A stretch of DNA of 63,857 nucleotides, counting the filler, from Pelomyxa schiedti (Eukaryota; Protista; Evosea): NCBI GenBank assembly GCA_020536535.1. It is 11 parts of 11 records of this genome, joined end to end, with 100 filler letters (N's around TTAATTAATTAA, not from the genome) between each part and the next. Parts side by side here need not be neighbours in the genome. Positions count along the whole stretch, not along the records: positions 27,020 to 37,715 come from JAHLWZ010001257.1; positions 37,816 to 38,830 come from JAHLWZ010003002.1; positions 38,931 to 45,306 come from JAHLWZ010001426.1; positions 45,407 to 48,038 come from JAHLWZ010001937.1; positions 48,139 to 51,957 come from JAHLWZ010001675.1; 6 more parts are not named here. The stretch is one strand, 5' to 3'. Shown one piece after another: positions 37,254 to 49,689 of the stretch. Every line of letters begins with the position of its first letter. Positions within the stretch are counted from its first letter, which is position 1. The notes under the pieces are model-generated. The model did no database searches. It was given only the letters and a program-made list of their open reading frames with translations, and was not told where the DNA came from. The position numbers and the translations under genes are program-made.

Positions 37254-37815
37254 CAATTAGTGGCTGAATAAAATAATCAACAGACCGGAACGCTGTCATT
37301 TTCGTTTTTTTTTATTCCGCCAATTCCCACCGGTGGCGTGCAAGGAACAAAAAAGAGGGGAGGACGCGGTGGTGGCGCGTGGTAATTGTGGGTTGTGCCC
37401 GCGACGGTAGTTTGTTCCGATCAATTAAGTCAGTTGTTAGTTAAATGTTGCAACAACGGCCTCAAAATGCAGGTGGTTGGATTTGCAATAAATTTTTATT
37501 CCCCCTTTTTGTATGTTTAACTTATGTTGCACATAAGTTCGAGAGAACCTAAAAAAGAACGTACAAAAGAAAGCCCGGGCCAGGTCAGACATACGAAATC
37601 TTAGTTTGCAAGACAAAATATTGCTCTGTGGGAGGATACTGCTGTTTCCCAAAGCGAATACGTTTGTGACATTACCGTGACTTCCGAATTTTTACTCTTT
37701 TTAGGGTTGAAGAACNNNNNNNNNNNNNNNNNNNNNNNNNNNNNNNNNNNNNNNNNNNNTTAATTAATTAANNNNNNNNNNNNNNNNNNNNNNNNNNNNN
37801 NNNNNNNNNNNNNNN

Positions 37816-38400
37816 TCAAATGAGAAAAACAGAATTTTTTAGTGAGCAAGGCAGGGTGAAGCGGCCCGATTTTGCCGGGATTTGTTGATGTTTTGTGCCG
37901 CGGGGCGGTTGGCGCGGCGCCGCGGCGGCAGCGCGGTGTGTGTGTTCGTTGAATCGGGTCTCGCCGCGGCTGCGCGGCCTTGACATAAATGGGTTTTGGT
38001 GATTGTTCAGTGGCTTGCGTCTTTTGATTATCGCTAGAACCACAAAAAAAATCGACGAGGGGAGGCCATGCCGCCAGCGGCGTGAAGAGGAACAAGCAGT
38101 GCAGAACCCATTTGCTTTTTGTTGTCATCTTCGCCACAACTTGTTATTATTTTATTTATCGGATAAATATTGTGTTTTGAATTTTATTATTTAACGAATT
38201 TATTTTTAAATAATTATAATGTATTAACTTCTTTACTATTAATTAAAATTATTAATTATTAAAAAATAATTAAGTTTAAAATTATTAAATAAGTATAAAT
38301 ACGCCTCCAGTTCTTTTTTCCATTCAACCTGTATTAGAAGTATCCGCATTACACCAGTATTTACGGCAGCTTTCCACCAGTATGTGGCTTCTTCTTTCTT
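37816..38400 (+). repeat. Dispersed repeat family A, copy 1 (GC block + AT-rich tract + conserved tail)
   Basis: Shares GAATCGGGTCTCGCCGCGGCTGCGCGGCCTTGACATAAATG, ACGAGGGGAG.CCATGCCGCC..GTGAAGAGGAACAAGC and TTCCAC..GTATGTGGCTTCTT with 58068-58476. Confidence 0.85.
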
Positions 38401-39381
38401 CGTTTTCTCACGTAAGATAATTTAGGTGCTGGACGTGGTGTCTGTAATCCCAGCTGGCTAGGTAACTTCCTTCTGTATTTTATTATACTGGCACGGTGGT
38501 ATGGTTCTTTTTTTTTTTTTACAGCTGCGCCAGCTGCCGAGATGGCAACCGCCAACGCTCATCCCTCCCCCCTCGTCACCCCACTCAACGTACTAGGTAC
38601 CAGAATGGGCACCAGGCCGAATTCACTCCCCATCCTCTATGTACAAGCCTGAAGTCGAAATCGACTTCAGACAAAAAAAAAAGTTTTCCACCCTTAAGTC
38701 CTTGGATACAAAATTTTGGGACTGCCCAAGTGTGCACACTTTTTATCGGGTTTATTAGTTTTCTCAGTCCAGAGACGAGGAACTGAGACGGAAAAAAAAG
38801 GCGTTTTCTACAAGACCATCGGCCACGGGGNNNNNNNNNNNNNNNNNNNNNNNNNNNNNNNNNNNNNNNNNNNNTTAATTAATTAANNNNNNNNNNNNNN
38901 NNNNNNNNNNNNNNNNNNNNNNNNNNNNNNGAACCTCGAGTGATCCATAAGCCACCCCCACAGGAGCCTCACCACAAGCGTACCGTCGAACCAGGAATTC
39001 CTCCGCAGCATCAGCAACAGCGGCCCGTTCGCACCGCAGCGAGGGTGTGTTGCAACCAGCCCCATCACCTGGTCCCTCATTGTCCATTGCCCTGTCATTC
39101 CTGTAACTCTCGTTGCCGTTGCTGTTGCGTTCGTTTGTGTTGTTCCTTGTAGTGGTTGTTTGACAACAACAGCTTGCCCAATACGACTATGTATCTTTTT
39201 GAGGTTTTTCATCTCCCCGATTGATGGGACACCAAGTCCAAGTGACGATGCCCTCATCATGTTTTTTCGAGGAAAAGGTCCAACTTGGCTATTTAATAAA
39301 AAACTGATGAAATCGTTCCGGCGTATTGATCCAGACAGTTAGGGAAAAAAACCCAGTTGGTTGAGTTGCCACCACAACACG

Positions 39382-42102
39382 ATGAAGGTTGCGTCGTCTT
39401 CGTCGTTGAGTATTCAGCGAGGAGATGGTGGTGGTTCAGATCGGCGGCCAGCAGCGCCCGAGTCTAATTACGACGATGGCAGCTCGTCGACTGTCAACCT
39501 CGCCGACTTGTACTACAACTACTTCTTGATATCTACATATGTCATGCTTCTTGCGCTTTGTGGTGGGGCGTTTGTGCACGGTCTGAAGATGGTTGGGCGG
39601 AGAGGACTTGGGCTGCCTGCTGCATCGTTGTTTTTTGTGGCTTTCACTTGTGTTCTTCGCTTGGTATGAGTCCTTGTTTGTTGTTGTTGTTGTTGTGCTT
39701 TTTTGTTTGCCTTATGGATCATTTATTTCCTGTAGGTCTCCTATGCCCCTATTTACAACTCTGGGTTTGGGGACTCTGCGTTCGGAGTTGTGAGTCACCT
39801 GGCAGCATGTAGCTGCTACTCTGCAGTTTGGTGCATTGCATTGGGAATTTATGTCAAGTTTCATCCACATCGTGCGCTTTTTATTATAAAAAACAAAGCT
39901 TATGTATATTTATATTATTAAAAGGTTTTTTTTTTTGTAATTTTCCCTCAGACAGGGCAGTGAACAAAGGAGGAGTACCGTGGAAGTGGAGATACATCAG
40001 CCTTGGTGTTAATGCATTTACTTACTTGCTTGTCATGATAATTGCACTTGTGACTGCAAACCTTGAGAAGAATGCACTTAGTCATAGTGGCAGCTCAAAT
40101 TCTTACTGCGTTTGCTCAGATCCTGTGGATGTTTTAGATGGTACTTTTACAATCTTGGGTCCGTCTCAGACAATACTTCACAGATACACTTCTCCTTGTA
40201 GTTGCAATTGCTTTTTTTATTGTGGCATTTGTTATTTATCAGGTGATTCCTCCACGCTATACTCAATTATCCTTTATCCTTAATCTAAATCATTTAGATC
40301 ACCCATGAATGCTACCATGAACTGATTGAGAAGGCACCAAAGATTCTCTTGGTGGTTCTGGTGGTAATTGGTATTGGATGCTGTTATCGAGCATGTATGA
40401 CAGTAAAGTTGAGACCCTTACTTACACTTCATTTAAGTAAATGATGTTGTCACCGTAGTGTGGCCTGGGTCCCCTCTTAGTGGTGAGGAAAATAATTATT
40501 CCTCCTTGGCGAAGGAGGTTATTCCCGCCTATGCAATCGTGGTTGCTGTTATCATACTCCACCAACAAAAGCCGTGTGCACCACTATCACTGGTCTGTTG
40601 TTTCCCCCTTCACTCCTTTTCATCTCACACCTTTTGCCAGTACTTTGAGCCAGAAGACATAAAAAAAGATCCTGCAGTGAAGGTTCTCAGATAGCTATTG
40701 TTAGGTGTCAAGTCATAGCTTTCACAGGAAGTTATACTCCATGATGAAAACTTAACAATGATTGGATCTGGAAGCTATGGGACTGTTTTCTCTGCCACAA
40801 TTGATGGTGAAAGTAATTACATCTCGTTATCTAACCATTTTGACAGATGATAAAGGAAGAAAACACCGAGTTGCAGTGAAGTTTCCAAAGTCACTACCGG
40901 CAGTAGAAGAGCTCTTGGTGTGTACCAAAGTGATTTTCGTTGTTGGATCAACAAAATTCCTCTAGTGTCTTGGGAGACTTTGGCACCCAAATATTATCAA
41001 TTTGTGGGGCTGGACCGAATCCCCAAAGCATGGGATGGGGATTGTTCTTGATCTTGCTGCAAAAGGCAACTTGCAGAAAGTATTGGATACTGTAAGTTCG
41101 GTACTTTCAAAGCGCATTAGGGTCAGAATGGCACTGGACATTGCAAATGGAATGAAATTTGTTCACTCCATGAACTTACTTCACAGGGATCTCAAGGTGA
41201 CTACTTTATTAATTAAAGGTGTTCTTACATATTTCTAGCCTGGAAATATTCTTGTTGATGACAGCGACAGCTGCAAAATTTGTGATTTTGGAACTGCTGT
41301 TGACTCTCAGAATTCCTCTTCAAGTACTACAATTGTTGGCACTCATGGATATATGGTAAATACTTTGTTTGCCATTCCCTTGACCTCACCCCAGAGCAGG
41401 CCCCAGAGTGTCTCAATGGTGCCGGCTATGCCAGTTTGTAATCAACTAATTTCTCTGTTTCTAACTTACCTAAAGAACCATGTGATGTATTTTCCTATGC
41501 TATTGTGCTTTGGGTTCTCCTACACCATGGTGAGCATCCATTCGGTGAAGAGCTGAAGGGTCTCCCTCCAGAGGCACATGCTCACTTCCTAGATGAGGCA
41601 ACAAAACAAGGCAACAGGCCACCCCTTCCTAAGCAGGACACTGATCTTTGTCCCTTGGTTTGACAAACTTTACTCTTTTACTTGGTGCTTATTCTAGTCT
41701 ATTCAGCTTGAAAGGTGCTGGGCTCAAAATCCTGCAGCTAGGCCAAGCTTCTCTGAAATTGTGAGAATACTTACTAGCTATTGTGCCAGGAAGCCCCACT
41801 CACAGCCGACCAACGGACCTGTATCATCACCTCAGCATACCACTCCCTGTGAAGCACAAAAACCAGAGAGGAACCTGGTTTTTGCTGGACTTTGTGAACT
41901 TGGGGATGATCATCCTTATCCAGCACCAAAAGCAGAGGATGATGAAGACTGTTGTAGTTTCTCAAGCCCAACTGTGACAGACCCATCTGTATCAGTTAGG
42001 CAAACAACTGTACCTGTTGTGTCAGTCAGGTTGCCTGTAAAGATATTGGACTATGGTTCCATCAACAACACAACACCCAGCAAAAACAAAAACAGGGACT
42101 AA
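39382..42102 (+). CDS. Multi-pass membrane (GPR137/TOM1-like) protein fused to a TKL-group kinase, multi-exon
   Basis: Several hydrophobic helices, then IGSGSYGTVF, VAVK, HRDLK/PGNILV, ICDFGTA, GTHGYM/APE, DVFSYAIVLW, CWAQNPAARPSF. Confidence 0.88.
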
Positions 42103-42140
42103 CTTGTGAATCAGTGTGATTACTGTTCTTGGAACTACAA

Positions 42141-43346
42141 CTACAACCCACACCAATGAGAGAGTTTCACTAGCAAACTTTGTTGGGTTGTGCTGGTTGG
42201 TTCCTCATCAGAGTCCTTGATCCTCTTGATGGAAGTGATGAGTGACATGATGGCCTCCTCCACATTTGTTCCATCCTTGGATGATGTCTCCCTGTGTGTT
42301 GTTAGTTGGAGTGATTATCAGTAATTTTTGCAGGAAAGCACCACAACTGGAGTCCTTTTTCATCAGCAAACTGTTTGGCCTGGCTGAATTCAACTTGCCG
42401 GTTTGTGGTGGCCATGTCCAGCTGAAGTAATGTGAGTTGGATAAGTAATATGTTTTGATAAAGCGGTATTGGTCAGGGAGATTGATGTAAATGCAAGAGA
42501 AAGATTCAGATATTCATATTAAATGAATAAAATGAAGGAAGTTCCAACCTTGGTGCCAACAATAATTATCTGAGGGGTTGTTGTAAAATAGCACCCTACT
42601 TCGCCCAACCAACTGGAAACGCCGTGGAAGCTGCTAATATCGGTGATATCACTGATACTGATGGTGGGTTTGGGTACTTCACAGGGTGGGGTACACACTA
42701 CAATACAATGAGTCCGTCACATCTCCGGTAAACTTCCAATGCAAAAGGTTAATTGGGATAATTATTTCAGTATATCTGTACAGTTTCTAGTTCTAATTTC
42801 ATGTTGAGTTGTTATGGAATAACAACAACAAAATAACCTTTCTGCATTAAGAAGATCCCACTTTCATCTCATCAGGTGAGTGTATTCCTGGAGATAGGGA
42901 GGAAAAGGACTTACTATGTGTATTCGAATTATCTTCGATTCCACCAGGACTGTCCTGACTTGCTTTTTTGAAACATGATGGTGAGAGGGCGGGAGAACAG
43001 ACTCGTGATAATAGAATGCACAACGCAGAAAATACGCACAAAATCCACGCCAATGGTGGCTATGTGGGTTGATCGGAATTCGTCCTCCTGTGACTATTTT
43101 TCGCGTTTGTTTGCACAAAGATGCAGACACACCACAAAACGGAGGAGCAAGCAACCTACAAACAAAGTAAGTAGTCTTTGTGATATCAAAAAAGAAAATT
43201 GCACTTTTTCCCACGCCGTAATCGCCGAGCAGACGCACGTTAATAACGTAATCACTTCAGATCCACACATTATCGTACACATTGTTAGTCAACAACAACC
43301 AGTTGCGAACTAACTAAAAACTCACAAGTCCCTTACAAGGGCCATG
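42141..43346 (-). CDS. Rab-family small GTPase (Rab1/Rab8-like) with divergent switch II, multi-exon
   Basis: DYVINVRLLGDYGVGK/SCLLLRFV/EDEF...TIGVDF, IIIVGTK/LD, ETSSKDGTNVEEA, C-terminal HWCGL*. Confidence 0.85.
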
Positions 43347-43618
43347 ACGTAACGTCGTTTCGTGGTTATCTTCAATTATGATAAATAAGTTAAAATCACA
43401 CTACTTGTCTGAGGTAAACCTGGGTGATATGTCACTTCAGTGTGAAAGGTGGTGTGTGCATACTTGCAATCATATAGTTTCAGCAAAGGGTGTGTCAAGT
43501 TGTGCCCCCTGTCCTGTGGGTAACAGGTTAAAAAATGATCACTGTATGGTGAAGTATTTACAGTAGAGAACTCTCGGGGCTGTTCACAGGCCTCGCACAT
43601 GTCATAGAATTGACAAAT

Positions 43619-44908
43619 CTAGTTGAACTTGTGAATAAGTTGACCAGTCGAAGCGCAACAAAAACGCACCAGGCATTTCCAGTGAATTCCGACACAGTTC
43701 TTCGTGCACCGCGGTCCCCTTGCATCACAGTCATTGTCAAGTGGATTGTTGCCACGCTCTTCAGGTGAGTACAGTGCGTTCTCAGGAATTGTGACTTCCC
43801 AGAACTTGGAGTGCTCATGCCGAAGAAGATGACGATTTGCATGTTGGGCACAATTTAAAATTGTGATAAGTCGAGCACTAGAGACTTGATTTGAGTTTGT
43901 TTTAAAAAGAAATTCCGCACACCTGATAGATGACTTTGCCAAAATTTGTTGAACATCCACTACATACTCCTTTGTGCATTGTTTTCTCCGGTAATTCTTC
44001 GAGGAGCAGTACCGGCTGGGTCCACCGGAACGGCGTTGATACTTTCGCAACGAGGTGTGCTCTGTGTGATGTCAGAAAAGTGTCAAGAGAACCTATCAAT
44101 ACCTTGGGTGCGTGGGTTCACAAATAAACACCATTGCAGTGAAGGCACTTGAAATAAACCTCCATTGGAAACTTGTTGCATCGGTCACAGGCCCTTTCAG
44201 CGATGTGAGTGCTAGAATGCCATAGCGGTAAAGCTGAGAAACAACGTACTTATGAGGAACATCAAAGAAAAATCGTTGCCACCAAGACCTGTCATGATGA
44301 TCAGCAGGCAACCGGGTTCTGGCGTGGTATCCCAGCCGCTTCATTCTCAAAGATTCAGCATCATCATGACCAGCATCGCAAATTTCCACAGAAGGCACTC
44401 CTGCTACAGTACTGCTCCTACTACTGATACGGCACATCTCGATCCAGAATTCCGCGGTTCCCATGAGCTCGTACCACCGGCGGCAGGTCGTTGTACTTAA
44501 GTGCCAGCAGGTCGCGTGCTCCCGCGGTCCCTCTGCCAGCCTTGGCCGCCGCGTACCGCCCGACGGAGCGCCGGATCCCCTGCATCGTCCTGAGGAAAGG
44601 CAAGCCCGGCCGGCACCTGGCCGCCGCCGCCGCGTGTCATCCTCGCCACCATAGACATCGTCTCCTTCGGAGATGCTGCTGGGCTTCTTATGGGCCAGCT
44701 GCTCCTCCGAGGAGCGTGTGAGCCAGCCAAAGAGGTCGTGGTGGCGCGACGCGTCGCCGGCGGCTACGTGGGCAGCCACGCAGAACAGAACGGCGTCGGG
44801 GGCGGCGTCGAAACCACCAAAGCTGCTGCATGGTGAATCATCAATTGGTGGTGGTGGTGGTGTGACGGGGACGTCCCCGCCGAGCAATGACGGCGTAGCT
44901 TCGTGCAT
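43619..44908 (-). CDS. Hypothetical F-box-like protein
   Basis: FDAAPDAVLFCVAAHV...TTTCRRWYELMGTAEFW resembles a split F-box motif. The downstream ORF join is not resolved. Confidence 0.4.
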
Positions 44909-45406
44909 CACGGAAAAAAGGAAGATGTGAATCCATGGAATCACCCTTTGATCGTTCATCAATCCCTAAGTGCTGTTAGCAGAACAGAGAATGCTCCAAC
45001 TTGGTTCAAGGTTGGGGCCTTATCTCTCTGAGACCCTGGGTGTGCCTTGTGCCTGTGCGCGTCGTGGAACCTCCAAGTTGAGCAAGTGAGTTCGCAGTTT
45101 TGCTGCGTTGGTTGCCACTTTTCGGTGCAGTTATTATGTAAAAGTGGTGGTGTTTTTAAAGGCGATGCGGCCGCGCGAGGGAACACCAAATCGTAAAAAA
45201 ATCAGGGGTGGCAGCAGGATATTATATGAAATCGAAGCTGCGTTATTATTATTCGCGTTCTTCCACTTCTTCGTTGTCAAATGCCTCCCAGAGAGGCAGC
45301 ACAGAGNNNNNNNNNNNNNNNNNNNNNNNNNNNNNNNNNNNNNNNNNNNNTTAATTAATTAANNNNNNNNNNNNNNNNNNNNNNNNNNNNNNNNNNNNNN
45401 NNNNNN

Positions 45407-45900
45407 TACTAGGATGAAGCGGACGAGAACAGCTCGGGCCAACCCACCCACGGAAACGATTCATCAGCCCAAAGTCGACCACAGAAGGGTAATCAACGAG
45501 GCCCAGGGTTGGTGACAAAGTGAACATGACGTGCTGCGTGGGGGGTATCCCATAAGGGCCAGTCAGGAGCACGACAGCGCAGAGATGAGGAAACACGACC
45601 CACTCGCCTATGAGCGCCAACAACGGCGGAGAGAGAATCGAGACCACGGACCAGTTGCCGCCGCACCGTCCCACAAGTGTTCCGGCAGCAAACGAAACGA
45701 ACTGCATCCTCGCCTCAATCTGATCATAAACACGGTGTTCGCTACGATTACGAAGCGATACTGATGAACGGACGGCACCAGCTCCGTTCATTACCGTGTA
45801 GGTTTCGTGTAACCCCAAACACTTTTGATGATTCGGCTTTCGACCTTGTTGTCCCACTTCCAGACCCATACGTTGCATGGGCGTGAGCAGTGCATATGCT
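45407..45900 (-). CDS. Orphan-family protein, 3' partial
   Basis: ARMQFVSFAAGTLVGRCG..SVVSILSPPLLALIGEW matches the family N-terminal pattern; cut by the linker. Confidence 0.55.
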
Positions 45901-46068
45901 AGTGCCTGGTTCCACACACGAATGCTAGTATGAGATTGTGTCCAATCCATGGGACAGTTTCTCTTCATCGGCATCGATGTATACACCCGCAAGCACAACA
46001 GCAACAGCAACAACCACGGCGGCAGCGAGGATGGAGGAGCGGCGTGTCACCCCAAGTCGGGCAGCGCC

Positions 46069-46792
46069 ATGGACGCGGTGAGGCGAGAGATCGCCGGGCA
46101 CCTGGCCAGCGCCTTGCTGTTGTCGTCGTCGTCGGGGACGGCTTCAACGCCGGGCCGCGGGCCCACAACAGCCACCGGCGAGGCTGACGGTAGTGACCAT
46201 CCCACAATGGCGTCGCTGCTCCGGGCCATTGTGTACCCACACAACAAGGTAGCGTGTGTGCGTGTGCGCCGTAAACGTTAGTTATAACTTATGGGCGTAT
46301 TATATCTCTCTATGTATGTGTGTGTATAGGTGCATGGGGACTTTGCGGTTCCAGTCGCCAAGTTGGCTAAATTTGACCACTTTCCAGCAGAACAACACCC
46401 CGCTCTTGTGGCTCGTAAATGGGCTGCGTCGGTAAGTCCCAACTTGTGATGGCCCCACACATTGTGATTTTAACTGTGTCTGTTTTTTCCCCCCGCTCCC
46501 TCAGATTCAACCCGGGACCTATGTGGCAAAAGCTGATGCCATTGGAATGTATATCAACATCCACGTCCATCCAGTTGCAGTCACCAAGATGATTTTGACG
46601 GAAATATTTGAGAAGAGGGAATCTTTTGGCACTTGGAAAACCCTCGGCCACGGTATTACATCTTTGATTTATTGTTTTGTTGTTCTGATTTTCCTTTTCT
46701 TGTGGGAAGGGGGTTAATTAAATTAATTACACGACAACCATCGCCACTCTAATTTGAGTTTGAGGAAAAAATGTGATTGTGGAATTCAGCAG
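46069..46792 (+). pseudogene. RARS: 5' fragment of arginyl-tRNA synthetase (N-terminal domain, ends at VEFS)
   Basis: Spliced HGDFAVPVAKL...ALVARKWAAS/IQPGTYVAKADAIGMYINIHV...EIFEKRESFG...H/GKNVIVEFS matches the ArgRS N-domain. Similarity stops before the PNxxxxxHxGH (HIGH) motif. Confidence 0.75.
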
Positions 46793-47239
46793 AGGCCCTT
46801 GTCAGATCGAGTATGTACACAAACCGGTGTTGTGTTCTAACTTCTTATTACACTAGATATGGACCCAGACAGGAGATGTACCACAACTGGCATGTTCACC
46901 GTCTGAAACTTCAATCTAATCTACAGAATGGCATGTGATGACAAGGCGATCACAATTATTCTTTAATGAACTGAATGTTTATAGCTGCACTCCAAAAACA
47001 ACACAACAACAGAGATAAGACTAAGCTCCAGGTATACAACGAATTTGCTCTCGTATCGCAAAAGCTGGCTAAACTTATACTGGTGCATTGAGTTGTTTGT
47101 TTTCAATGGTTTGTTGGAGGAGAAATTATTCCAGGTTCGTAACTGCTGCAATATAATTCCTTACATTACACAGCTCACTGGGAGGGGGGAGGGAGCTGCT
47201 TTGAGTGGGAAGTGGCAAAGAACGGTGTTTTCAAAGAGG

Positions 47240-47400
47240 GCAACCCATAAGTACTTCTACACATAAAAACAGTTGGTTTTGTGGGAGAAAGCCCTTACAC
47301 AATCTGGGATCTCCCCCAACAAAGGTTGCAACGAACATTGCATTGATGTGATGTAAGACCACATCTTTGGCATTCAATCAGTGTCTCAATGACTCTTGGC
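47240..47400 (+). repeat. Dispersed repeat family B, copy 1
   Basis: GGTTGCAACGAACATTGCATTGA..TGATGTAAGACCAC.TCTTTGGCATTC..TCAGTGTCTCAATGACTCTT recurs as the reverse complement at ~59445-59605. Confidence 0.85.
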
Positions 47401-47459
47401 CTTTATTGGCGTAAAAAGTGAAAAAAAAGGAGTACAAGTTTTTGTACACTGAGTGCAAG

Positions 47460-47560
47460 TCAAATGAGAAAAACAGATTTTTTTGTGACGCGGAGTGGTT
47501 GGTGCGGCAGCGCGGCGTGTGTGTTTGTTGAATCGGGTTCGCCACGGTTGTGCTGCCTTG
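47460..47560 (+). repeat. Dispersed repeat family A, 5' fragment
   Basis: TCAAATGAGAAAAACAGA...GCGGCAGCGCGG.GTGTGTGTT.GTTGAATCGGGT matches 37816-37960. Confidence 0.75.
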
Positions 47561-48705
47561 AGAATGAGGCCTTCATGAAAGCACAGCGGGAGGAAAAAGG
47601 AAAAAAAACAAAAAATCTATAGTTGAGGATGTATGCACTCCCACTTATTGCCAGTTTCCCTCTTGCACAATTTACAACATCCCTTCTTAACGCCTTTTCG
47701 CTCTTCATCTCATACTTCACAGTTTCGGCCTCTCAATCCCAGCAGTGTACCACCGTTTTCAAGTTTCTCCTCCTTCCGCCATTGGTATGCTTATTTATTT
47801 ATTAATGTAATTTACTTTAATTTAAACACCTCAGTCAGTATTTTTTTTTCCCTGCTATTTACGTTTGTTTTATTTCGTTTTCGTTTCTTTTTCGATTTCT
47901 CACACTTGAGACCAGGTGTAGCAGCAACTTGCCAGCTGCTGATGAAAGCCTGTCATCACCAAGGTAAATCCCCCTCTCTCTTTGTATGATCACCACATTA
48001 AACCATGACAGGTAAATGTGAAGACTGTCTCTGCCCTTNNNNNNNNNNNNNNNNNNNNNNNNNNNNNNNNNNNNNNNNNNNNTTAATTAATTAANNNNNN
48101 NNNNNNNNNNNNNNNNNNNNNNNNNNNNNNNNNNNNNNGGGATGCTTACTGCATTGGTATGTTTACTAACAATGTTGTAGATGCCGTTGTTGTCTTCAGT
48201 ACATACGATGAAGATTACATTACAATTTTCTTCCAACCTGGGAGAGATCCATCCATGGAAGAACCTGTGCAACGTTGCAGGTTTTTATTATTTCTTTAAA
48301 GCTGAACGTACTTCATCTCAGACCAAGTTGTGAGCATCTCCTTCATTCAGTGAGAGAATAAAAAAAAAAGCAGTAAGAGCCAAACCTGGTCCCAACTTCG
48401 GTCAATATTCATGCAATAACAGGAAAAAGAGAGCCATCTCTTGAAATATATGTAACCATTGAAACTAACTACATTTTGTTAGTATGATACTTTAGGTATG
48501 CAGGAAAATAACCGAGTTTTTTTATTTCAGGAATATCTAAGAGTGGGCATATGCGGTTCACAACCAATGAAACCTCAACTGCTGCTGAGCCTGAGGTGAG
48601 GTACTGAGACCACATTTCTGCAGCACAAGTCCGTTTCAGCGCTGCAGGTATGGAGATATCCTCGACTTCCGGAAGTGCAAGTGCTTTTCGTACTGTTGCG
48701 GTACC

Positions 48706-49302
48706 TTAAATAGTAATTATTGGCGCAGTCAAGTTAACAAGTATGAACAAACAATATTCTTCCTCAGTTCTCACAAAGGTTCCTCCTACGATGTTGTACT
48801 TCACCAATTTCAAGTTTCCGTCGTATTTGGTCTTATTAGTGCTGGATATAGTCTCGTTGACCAGCCGGAATTCCGGGGCAGAAGCATCCGGCACTCCAAC
48901 CAAACTCATTCCACCACAAAGGAGAACTGAATCAGCTCCTTGTGGGACGTGGGAAGTCGGGACACGCATAAGATTCATTGGATATTTGGGGCTGTATGAT
49001 GCTTTTATGGGCAGCCCGGGGGCACTATCTCTTCTTGATTTGAACAACGGACCTAACTGATGTGTGATTCCCTCACTCTTGCCACTCTTACGACTATGTG
49101 AGCCCTTCAATGGCGACTTGGGAGATACAGTGGTACTGTTGGGACGGCCTGGTTGAGGAGGCAACATAGGCGCTGTTGGCGTTGTGGACATGGGAACGGA
49201 GTCTGATGTGAATGCAGTTTTGGTTGCTGTGGCTGGGGGTAGTGCCATGTCTGATATGGCATTAAGAGGAAGTGGATCATAGGGATTATTGTGCATTGAC
49301 AT
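48706..49302 (-). CDS. Hypothetical protein with an unidentified ~110-aa domain (paralog of 49690-50679)
   Basis: GITHQLGPLF...DSAPGLPIKASYSPKYPM...SLVGVPD...FRLVN...KYDGNLKL. Confidence 0.7.
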   Translation of the reverse strand: MSMHNNPYDPLPLNAISDMALPPATATKTAFTSDSVPMSTTPTAPMLPPQPGRPNSTTVSPKSPLKGSHSRKSGKSEGITHQLGPLFKSRRDSAPGLPIKASYSPKYPMNLMRVPTSHVPQGADSVLLCGGMSLVGVPDASAPEFRLVNETISSTNKTKYDGNLKLVKYNIVGGTFVRTEEEYCLFILVNLTAPIITI

Positions 49303-49689
49303 TTCTTACGAGTTTGCGTTACGTGCTGCAGTGGAGGCAGGATTTTTTTTTCAATATCTTAATCTTTGGCTTTTTCCCTTTTTTGTGGTAGTTACTTGTG
49401 TGTCAAACAAGTTGGGAAGTTGAAGTTTCTTCTACCCGTGCAGGCGATTTATCGGCACGGCATTTGTGCCGAGGTAAGTTGACTAAGGTCTCGGTGGTGT
49501 TGTTAGACTTGTGAAAGGGAATTAGAAAGCACCAGTTTGTCGATTACTTTGCTTGGTTGGGATTCTGGTTCTCCTGAATCTCCTTCAGGGTTCCAACAGA
49601 TTTGCCTGACATTTCAAAGAAATACATAAATATAGGCGACTTGGAACTAAGGCCGCTAAGACCTGACCACAACTTCGTTGTAAAAACCA

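Noticed and set aside
38361-38400. KKPHTGGKLP resembling histone H3 tail motifs
   Set aside because: Motif order does not match H3, there is no histone fold, and the other copy diverges.
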